From NCBI GenBank assembly GCA_036172245.1, contig JAYWIR010000083.1, positions 248,001 through 312,000 of the forward strand: a stretch of DNA of 64,000 bases, in the 5' to 3' direction. The notes under the pieces were generated by a model. The model made no database searches. It was not told where the DNA came from and was given only the letters and a program-made list of their open reading frames with translations. Of the stretch, positions 27,203 through 36,462 are shown piece by piece (the stretch's first letter is position 1; each line of letters begins with the position of its first letter). Made by a program: the position numbers and the translations under genes. The DNA is from Raillietiella orientalis. Lineage: Eukaryota.

Positions 27203-27688
27203 GCTCCAGCCTTGATTTCCGCCAGGCGACGAACGTCGGGCTTGTTGGAGAAACGACGGGCCTGGAGATAGTTCCTGTGGTTCCTCACGCCTTCGCCGAA
27301 ACCTGGAGGAAGTTGATGGAGGGGAAACTGGTCACAGAACTCTCGGACTGAGCGTTTTATTTTATCCCATTCAGCGAGAGTCTGCAGTTCGCAACCACGC
27401 AGGAATGCGCGCAGATGTTCGCGTGCTCCTGCGAGTCGCAACCAGTCCCCCGGCAGGCGCCACGCTTCGGAGGGTGGACCTCTGTCGCGCGGATGGATGT
27501 TGATTACTAGCCGAGGGTGATCGGACAGCTCCGACGAATTGCCCCTCGAGTCCCCACCCGCGTGCACAGGTGGTTATCGAGGAACACGTGGTCGATTCTG
27601 CTTCGCACCCCGGCTTCATCTGCCAACAAGTTGCGCGCGTGCATAGCCGCACACAACTCGTTGACCAGTTGTACTCTTAGGAGCGCAG
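27203..27688 (-). pseudogene. Tx1-like ORF2 fragment (APE end and linker)
   Basis: NELCAAMHARNLL..RIDHVFLD..LSDHP..WRLPGDW..YLQARRFS..RRLAEIKAGA matches the intact ORF2. Confidence 0.9.
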
Positions 27689-27754
27689 GTAAGCCGTTAA
27701 GACCGACGGGAAAACCATACGATCTCCCGGTCCAGGCAGCCGAAGGTCTCGCTC

Positions 27755-28385
27755 GTGTTGTAGGCGCATTTTCTTGGTGCTCCTCGGTGCCGGGAATCCC
27801 CCCTTCAGTGCGCTGGTGGTTCAGTGGTCGTTCAGGCGGCAATGCCTGACGAACACCAGTATCAGGAGGCGATGGCCACGTTCCCAGTGACTATGGAGGT
27901 GGGGGCGTGGGCCTCCACAGAATCTGTCTCCTTTGCGGGGTAGCCGAGTGGTAGCGGCGCGTAGGCCTGCAGCCGCGGCGGAAATGAATGCCTACATGTA
28001 GGGCTACAACCCTCATTGCTCTACAAGGCGATTTGTACTCCGTGAAGTACGTTCGACCCTACGATGCCGATGTGCGCTCTCAACGTGTTAAACAAAAATC
28101 TCGGCGCGATCACCATCCGAAGCGGGGGGCAGAACGTTGAAGTGATTTGCAAAGGGCAGATCTGGCTCGGCGGCTGCCCAAAACTCCCGTTACGATGGGA
28201 AGCTCACTCTTCCCACTACAGTGGACCGCAGCATTGTGGTCCATCTGTTTGGTGTTCTCGCGCGAATGCGCTGTGAATTCCGTGCCGCCCTCAAGCAAGA
28301 TGGTAGCGTGCACGCGCAGCAGTTCAAGCCTTTTGTGGATTTTACGGTACATCAGTGCGAACTCTCGGCCACGCATATTTGCCTC
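27755..28385 (+). pseudogene. Decayed 5' UTR and ORF1 start of a Tx1-like LINE
   Basis: ATGCCTGA at 27842, MEVGA, and IRSGGQNVEVICK match the ORF1 at 39600. Confidence 0.75.
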
Positions 28386-28990
28386 GTACCCTGGAATCGG
28401 CTCGTACGGAGAGAGGGTCGGGCTCCCGAATAGCGCCGCGGTTCTTGCGGCGTCCGGAAGGCTCCGTTCGGCCCTTGAAAATCCGAGTGAGGTAGAACGA
28501 ATCTCGTGCCAGATCGTACCCATATCCGCAGCTGGTCTCCAAGGTGAACAGCCTCTAGACGATAGAATAATGTAGGTAAGGGAAGTCGGCAAACCAGATC
28601 CGTAACTTCGGGAGAAGGATTGGCTCTGAGGGTCGGGCCGGTCGGGCTTGGCCGGGAAACGGTAGTGGTTTCCTCGCCGTGGCCGGGAGCTAACGGGAGA
28701 TCGGCGTTTCCTCGCTCGGTCGGGGCGCGCGCGTGCCGGCGGGTCCGCTCGGGGTACGCTCAGCGGCTGCCTGCGGCGCTCGCCGGTCGCGCGTCGTCCT
28801 TCGTAGCGATACCCGTCTCCCATCCCGGCCTTGCGCGGGATTCCGACCCGCGGAACGGCCTCGCTTGACGCTCCGGTCGGCCGTCGCCCGCCGCCGCGCG
28901 CCGTTTTCTTCTCGGCGCGCGGCCGGGCGCTCTGGTCCCGGAGCGTTTCGGCCGGCATGCAGCGATCGACTCAGAACTGGCACGGACAAG

Positions 28991-29022
<32 letters not shown>

Positions 29023-29050
29023 CGCGATGGCCGTTGCCGGTGTTGACGCG

Positions 29051-29082
<32 letters not shown>

Positions 29083-29125
29083 AGTGAAGAGATTCAACCA
29101 AGCGCGAGTAAACGGCGGGAGTAAC
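28386..29125 (+). rRNA. 28S rRNA gene fragment, upstream of the R2 site (orphan/pseudogenic)
   Basis: Conserved LSU cores GTAGGTAAGGGAAGTCGGC, GATCCGTAACTTCGGG, GGGAATCCGACTGTCTAATTAAAACAAAGCAT and GTAAACGGCGGGAGTAAC, with a GC-rich expansion segment between them. Confidence 0.96.
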
Positions 29126-32100
29126 GTTTTATTTTCCACGTTTTTGATATATACAAAGAATGGTAACCCTAAGAAGGGGAAACGCACTGGGCGACACTGT
29201 AGTGTTCGCGCTGGTGGGAGACAAAGTTGTTGGGGAACACTGGGCCTAGAGGTCAATTAAGTCCCTAAACGCCGCACTGCACCATGGTGGGTGAGCCGCT
29301 GGAGTAAGTTCCATCGCGGCAGGCTCGACATCAATGGCAGGCCTCGTGGTGGTGTGGTCAAAGTAGATATCTCGAGCCGCTCGGATCACTGAGCACACAA
29401 TCTTCGGGCGAACAGCCTTTATTTCGTGTGCACTCAGGCCGAGACAGCTGAGAACGGCATCGTTGTTCGGGTGCCAGCTTCCCAGCGACCCGACAACGAG
29501 TGCCTCCACTTTAACTCTGAGACCCTGTGCTTGGTATTCCCTCTCAGCTCCTCGGTATTTGTCGAGCTTTCGGGTCCGCGCTGCATCCAGGGCTTCCTTC
29601 CTGTTTTCAAACGGGACGGTGACATCCAGGATCAGCATGCGGTTCCCGTCTGTCGCGACGATATCAGGACGCAGGGAACTGTTGATGCTCGGGTCCGAAC
29701 GGTCAATGGCGAGGTGGCGCCATTTCGGACGAGCGAGCGGGTCCAAGAGATCCAGGAATTGGTTATGCCGCTGCATAATGCTGGTCCCCAAGTGCTTCAC
29801 GCAGTGGCACAGCACATGCGAGAGAGTTTCTTTGGGGTAACCACAATGGCGGCAGGCTTCATGAAAGCCGGGGCGTTTCCTGTTACCGTTGAGGTACAGC
29901 TGATTGAGTCTCGCCCTATGGATGAATCGCCAGTCACAGAACCTGATCAATTCTGGTCGTTCAAGGAACGCCATAGAGGCTGGGTGCAGGGCCACGCAGT
30001 CGATGATCCTGCCCTGGTCAGGTTTGGCCCGGAGTTTTTCACTGCGACTAAGGCGCTGCAAGCCACGAAGTGAGCGGGCAACGATCTTGCGATCGGATTC
30101 CCGAATCGTTCTTGTGGCAAGCTGTATTGAGACTTGGGTGTTGGTCACTATCCATTCAACGCAGAGCCTCTTCGAGGCCTCTCGCGCACGAGACCAGTAG
30201 TCCATGGGATCACCAGAAGGCAAATTGAAAGGGGGATCAATGTTGCCATTCAAGTATCCCGCTAAGAGGTCCGGTGAGGGTTCTCGTTTGGATTTCCGAC
30301 GAACCGTTTCACCGAGCGATGCCCAAGCCATTGCACGGATAATGAGATCTGGGCACGTCAGCACCTTAAAGGCAGAGTCCACGGCCATAATGTCAGACTC
30401 CTCAGCAAGGAGGACGAGGCCTAGGCTCCCTCTGGCCACGGAGCCATACAGATATTCCGTTGACGAGGCCTGAGTAAGAGGAAGTATGTCCTCTTTGAGT
30501 GCTTTTCTCAGTTGGTTGTCTAACGCAGCCCAGAAAGATTTCTGCTTCGAGCCCATCCGAAGCGCATGCACGAACGAAGGAAACACAAAAGTCTTAAGGG
30601 CATCAATCTTTTGCCACGGCGCTAGGGGAGCGTCAAGCACTTTGGCTACGTGCGAGTGGATCTCCTCGTCGAGGGAGTCACTGTGTATGGCGTCAAAGCC
30701 TACCGGCCTACCTAAATATTGGTATGTGCCAGAGTCCGACAGCACAGTTATTGGTTGTCCACTGATATTAAACTGGCGTTTGCCGGCAGCACGAGGAGAG
30801 CGAGGGTCAAGGTGGAGGGAAGCACATTTCTTGGGATTAAGATTCAGCCCTAGCCGTTGAGCCATCAAGCTCGCGCAGTCGAGGGCCTGATGTAGGGAAG
30901 CGGGATCCTCAGTCATCACGACTAGATCGTCTGCGTATGCCAGTATGTTGGCGCCTGGGACACTCTGCTTCAGCTGCACACACAGAGGTTCTAGGGCAAT
31001 GTTAAATAGAAGCCCAGATAGCGGGCATCCTTGCTTAACACCCCGAGTGACCGCAATAGGGTCAGTGAGACCGTCCACTGTCACAACTTGCGTGTAATTC
31101 TGGGCATACATCTGGCAGATCAGTTCAGTAAAGAGATTGCCGGCGCCTGCACATTGGAGCGAGGAGAGGAGTTGAGTATGGGGGATGGAGGCAAATGCGT
31201 CTTTGAGGTCCAGCCAAGCGACACATAGCGGTCGGTGATGCCGTCTGCTATAGTCCATTTGGTGTCTCAGCATGAAATTATGTTCGAGAACACCATCGTA
31301 TGGCAGGAATCCTTTTTGATGCGGGCCAAGCACCTGATTGCTCAATATCCACTCCCGCATGCGGCGCGCGAGGCATTTAGAGAAAAGTTTGCCCATGGTC
31401 CGGCTAATCGCAATCGGACGAAACTGAGACAGGTCATCCAATTGGGTGTCCTGCGATTTCGGTATAAGAGTTGTGCGCGACTCTTTCCACTCCGGGGGAA
31501 CCCGGCGGTGGGCAAGACATATTGAAAATCGCCGTGAGGAACCGGCATTCAGGATCAAGCCGGCGGAAGGCAGAGTACGGTATACCGTCTGCTCCCGGCG
31601 CGGTGTCCTCACATAGGCGTAGACAGCTTGCAATTTCCTTCGGGTCAAAGGAGGAAAGGTCCATTGGCTCATGGGTGGGGGCCAGTTTAGGGTCCCAGCT
31701 CAGAGGCTGAAACCCAGGCCGAGCTGTGAAGAGGTCCATGTAGTACGCACGAATGGAGTGTCTGTCCACTTGGCATCTAACCGGGGGTCCGTCGAGGATG
31801 AGCCGAACTGCTCGTCGACGATTCTGGTTGTAGAGCCGCTGTAGAGAGCGTGGTGACAGGCTGATTGGACGCACATTATTCTTGGGAACAGTGAAAGGGC
31901 GTAGGCCCAGGGCGTTCCGAATGGCACTGTACGAGGCGTTCAGCGCTCGCATCGCCAGGCCCCAATTGTCTGTTGTTGCTGGCTGAGTCCCAATGTCGTG
32001 GAGAAGCCTTGCAGCTTCCCCGAGGGGATCCAGGCGCTCCCTCTGATTGTCACGCTGGTTATCACGGGCACGTCTCCGGACGGGGGGCGTTGAGGGACGG

Positions 32101-34587
32101 GCAGGGACAGCAATGCTGTCGGGTGAAACTGTCAGTTCACCAATGTTCTCCTCGTCCAGGACGGCGAATCGTGAACCCGGGACAGGGGTAGCGGAACGCG
32201 GAGATTCAGGCTCACTCGAGAAGGTAATGCGTCTGGTCGGGCGCCGAGCTCCACGGGCCAGGTTCCCCGGGGCATTCGGAGCACGTTTCCGCCGACTTGT
32301 CACTATTTGCCATTCCTGATTGCGCGAGGGATCAGGTAATGGGATGGAGGGTGCACTCGTCTGGGGAACATGCTCAATGACCCCTTGGGAGGGTTGGCTG
32401 GTGGCCTGTGGGGTAACGGTGGTACGTTGGCGAGTTCGAGGCGGGACTGGAAGGGTTCCCTGGCCCCTAAGACCACGCGTGTACCGCCGTTCCTCTGCCC
32501 TGTTTAGCGAGTCGTGCCATCGAGCATGATTCGCAAGAGCTTTGCGGTTAAAGAAGTGTTTCTCGCAGTTGTGCTCAGGGCAGGCGAGTGGCGCTGACTC
32601 CTCAAACCGGATCACTCGCGGGCCACAGCGATGCCTCCAGACTGGTATCTGCACTTGCGCATTGCAACGGCTACACACGAGATGGGCTCTCTCAACCGGT
32701 ATCCAGTGCGCGGTGCGCAGGTGGCGGCGTAACGACCCCAAGGTGGATTTCGCCTGTTGCGTACTGGTATGCCACCTGCAGCGCGGTAGTGGACAAGCCA
32801 TAGTAGTGCTTAGTGGCAGATACACTAGGAGGACGTCGTCCTCAGTTAAGGCCGATGGCATTGCGGGTGCCAGGTCAGTTACGGTTCCCTGGGGGCGAGC
32901 CGGAGCCAACGGTTCAGTCACATGAGGAACTGGGGATGGAACGCGATTGACCGGTCTCCGATCGTGATCCTGTAACTCTATTCGGCCATGGCTCGCCTGC
33001 ATAATGCGTAATTGCCGTTGGAAGCGGGGTATGACTGGGCGCTGCCGGCGGCGTCTTGGTCTTTTCCCCTCGACCGCGCGCACGTACGCTGGATGCACAG
33101 GCGGAGCAGGCGGGGGAGAACGAGATATCTGTACTATGTGTTCACTTCTCGGGGAGACTTGCGCAAGCAGTTCGGCCCCAGTCTGAGAAGGAGACGCAAG
33201 AGTCAGGGTGGAGTGACCAGAGAGCCGCGACTCCTGCACTGGGGTGAGCACTCTCGACGCCACATTGCACTGTGGAGGGCGAGTGAAGTAGTCCAGCTCA
33301 GCCTGGGAGAGTCGAGTCAAGAGAACTCGTGGCTGAAGAGCCTGGTGGGAGCTTCCAATCCCCCCCGTCGGAACCGAGACAGGCGGTTCGAGGAGAGGGG
33401 GTGGCAGAGAAAGGCGACGCTCTTCCACAGCCGATGTCATGGGTACTTCCATGTCAAGGATGGAGGGTGTAGCGTTCATCAGTTCACTAGTTTCATTCCG
33501 ACCTTTGCACTTTGCAGATCGAGGGCGATCCTCGTTCTGGTGAGGAGTACTGTGGATGGCAGTTGTTGGCACGTTGAACCACTTCTTGTGCAGTATTGAA
33601 GTGTCCATTGAGCTGCCTGAGGAGTCGGGGAAATCCGCTTCATCCCAAGAGTTGGGATAGTCAATCTCATCTCCAAGGTCCTCGCGGCCTTCGTTCGCTG
33701 CACCAAGGGCTCTGTCCATATGTAAGTGTTTCCATTTATGGTGCGCCTTTCGCAAGGATGGGCGCCCAAAGGAAGCATTACACTTAGGGCACTTGTACTT
33801 CAGAGCAAGTAGCATCTCAGGGAGTTCCACTGGAGGGTTGAGACAACGATGCTGAGAAAGCAGCATGTTTGTGTTCTCGCTCTTGTGGCACTGTAGGCAG
33901 AAAAAACGAACTGCCGGGATATGTACACCATGTATACGGCTCAAGTGTGCCTTAAGGTTCCGAACCCGGTTCTTAATGTCGTTTGCCGTTGTGGCGAACA
34001 CGCAGTCTGGGAGAGGACAGGGCACAGGAGTGTAGGTTCCATGGGAAATCCAAAGTTCGCGCTCCACGGAGAGCGTACAATGCGACGGAGGCATCGTTGC
34101 AAGATGGCGCCTGACGCTTCGCGTGGTCACGTGGGAGCGTGCCGCGGGGCCAATCAGCGCGCTGGTTCTCCGAGCGGACCAATGGGAGCGCACGGAAGGG
34201 ACGCTAAGTTTTCCCGCGCTCGGCGAGGGAACAAAGGATTGCAAGGAGCGATGTGGTAGATCGTTTAGATCAACCACCGTGGCTTAGATCCACACAAAGC
34301 AGTCACAGTAGGAGTGATGAGGGCCCAGGTGGTCGGTTCGAAGTGCCAATCCCTCTTACCTTCCCAACATGTGTGCTCTCTGGTCTTGACCATGGCAGCA
34401 CACAGGCGGGCGACGGAAATGTCCACAGCAGCCACAAAATTCACCACAAATGTACGAAAGTTGGCAAAAAGGTTCACTGTGGGCAGGGGATGCACTGAAC
34501 GAAGAATCACTAGTGGTCATCACTGAGAATTTTCCACAATCAGAAGTTAAAACCTCATGCAGCGTCGGAGCTCCACTCAGACACGTC
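29126..34587 (-). mobile_element. Full-length RLE-type non-LTR retrotransposon (NeSL/Utopia/R5-like), antisense in 28S
   Basis: Bounded by 28S on both sides. N-terminal zinc fingers; RT (FRPIA, DLKDAF, GVKQGCPLS, YADD, YLG); DWRFIHRARLN; CRHC..H...C; RHN; RPD...DV...KLDKY. The 3' UTR ends AATAAAAC. Confidence 0.95.
29246..34094 (-). pseudogene. ZF-RT-RLE polyprotein ORF with a single frameshift at ~31520
   Basis: ORFs 31434-34277 and 29246-31672 join as ..FLTAIFN/ICLAHRRVPPEWKESRT. The first in-frame ATG is at 34094. No other lesion is visible. Confidence 0.9.

Positions 34588-34617
<30 letters not shown>
34582..34617 (-). promoter_or_regulatory. Candidate Pol II Inr+DPE core promoter spanning the 28S/element junction
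   Basis: Minus-strand CCA(+1)TTC with A at 34615, and GGACGTG starting at 34588, which is +28. Confidence 0.45.
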
Positions 34618-34632
<15 letters not shown>

Positions 34633-34643
34633 ACTGTCCCTAC

Positions 34644-34686
<43 letters not shown>

Positions 34687-34690
34687 AATC

Positions 34691-34725
<35 letters not shown>

Positions 34726-34915
34726 ATCTGGCATTGTGAAGAGACATGAGAGGTGTAGCATAAGTGGGAGGCTTTCCCGCTGGCTTTCTCGGTTCGCGGC
34801 CGCGGTCCGCTCCCTCCCTCAGCCCGCGCCGCGCCGCCTCGGGGCGGGTACCTAGCTGCTGCCGCCTCCCCGTCGAGCGCGGTCGGGTTCGCTTCGGCGG
34901 CTCGGAGGCTGCGGA
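34588..34915 (+). rRNA. 28S rRNA gene fragment, downstream of the R2 site
   Basis: CGTCATCTAATTAGTGACGCGCATGAATGGATTAACGAGATTCCCACTGTCCCTACCTACTATCTAGCGAAACCACAGCC...GACCCTGTTGAGCTTGACTCTA, then an expansion segment. Confidence 0.96.
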
Positions 34916-35300
34916 ACGCTGCTCCGCACCAGGACGAGTTGGCTGGTGGTGATAAGGGAGTCCGGGCCGTGGATCCGGTGTCCGTCGACGTTCGGCTCGT
35001 GGTATGGTTAAAGTAGATGTCCCCAGTCGCCCTGATAACATAGCACACGATCTCAGGGCGAAGCGCCTTTCTTTCGGTGTTGCTCAGACCCAGCCAGCTG
35101 AGGATCGCATCGTTGTTCGGGTTCGAGCTACCCAGCGACCCTACAACGATGGCGTCTACCTTGACCAACCATCTCTGTGCTTCATATTCCCTCCGCACGG
35201 TTCGGTACTTGTCGATCTTGTTGGCCGCGGCTTCATCCAGTGAAGCTTGTGTGTTGTCAAAGGGGACAGTCACATGGACTATGAGGATGTTCCGATTGCT
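34916..35300 (-). pseudogene. RLE-domain fragment of a related NeSL-like element (3' UTR missing)
   Basis: [40 protein letters not shown] is paralogous to 29270-29640. Confidence 0.9.
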
Positions 35301-35875
35301 TCTTGGGGTCTGGTGGGGTTATTTTCGCAGGGCCTTGCTGTGGACATATTGTTACGTGCTGAGATTGCTGTGATTCTTACTATCGTAATTTTCTTCAAAA
35401 CTTCGACATATGATGCTTCTTTTTCACACAGTGTAACGGTATCTTGCGGTGTATTGATTACGGAGGAAATAGATGTCATGTAGGATTCATTACTTCGAGT
35501 TTGCGGGATTAATTGTAGACGTTCATGCTGTAAAGGTTGGAAGGCATCCTCATTGCACCTAAATGACTTGTATGTATCGTATCTTGTGGGATATGCTGTT
35601 CCGAGCGTGGTTCCGTAAGTTCTGATCGTTTACATGTCTGAAGGGTGGATTCCGGTGGAGAGTTGTTTAAGGGGGGAACATTCGGTGCACTCTCAAAGGG
35701 GGTGAACAGATATTCAGCGGGCTCTTCGTCCAAGTTAACTAGCAAGTTGGATTTCTTGCTAAATCCCCAGTGTGCCATCTTGTGAGTTTTGAATAAATGT
35801 TTTTTATCAAAGCTCACGGAGCACTGAGTGCATCTCTGTTTCAGATCAGCGATGGGGTCATGTAGCGTGGTGTTC
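35301..35875 (-). pseudogene. Probable N-terminal (C2H2 finger) fragment of a related RLE element
   Basis: LKQRCTQCSVSFDKKHLFKTHKMAH resembles the third finger LKYKCPKCNASF...HHKWKH of the full element. Confidence 0.5.
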
Positions 35876-35877
35876 AG

Positions 35878-36462
35878 CTTTTTATTTCCACGCTTTTGGT
35901 TGACAAATATGGTAACCCTAGTGAGGGGAAATGCACTAGGTGACATTGGTGTTTTCGCACTGGTGGGACACGGAGAGTCAACGAGGGACACTGAACTTAC
36001 AGGTCAATCAGCTCCCTATAGGCCGCACGAGGGGTGAGCAGCCGGAGTGAGCTCCTGGGCAGCAAGTTCGATGTCGGTGGATGGACGAGCGGTGGTGTGG
36101 TAAAAGTAGATATCTCGAGCAGCTCGGATCACTGAGCACACGATTTTAGGGATAACCGCCTTTATTTCATGTGCACTCAGGCCGAGACAGCTGAGAACGG
36201 CGTCGTTGTTCGGGTGCCAGCTTCCCAGCGAACCGAGAACGATCACCTCCACTTTAACCTGGAGGCCCTGAGCTTGGTAATCCCTGCTGATGCCACGATA
36301 TTTGTCCAACTTTCGGCTTCTTGCTGCATCCATGGCTTCCCCCCGGTTCTTGAACAGGATGGTGACGTCCACGATCAGCATGCGGTTGCAATCAGTGGCA
36401 TCGATATCGGGGCGAAGGGAGCTGTTGATGCTTAGATCGGAGCGTTCAATGGTGAGGTTTTT
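35878..36462 (-). pseudogene. 3' end (RLE domain and 3' UTR) of a second copy of the NeSL-like element
   Basis: SINSSLRPDI..RKLDKY..GSLGSWHPNNDAVLSCLGLSAHEIKAV is nearly identical to the full element; the UTR is shared and ends CGTGGAAATAAAAA. Confidence 0.92.

Noticed and set aside
29126..34587. Calling this a canonical R2 element
   Set aside because: It is in the opposite orientation to 28S, neither junction is at AAGG/TAGC, no Myb domain is evident, and the C-terminal motifs are NeSL/Utopia-like.
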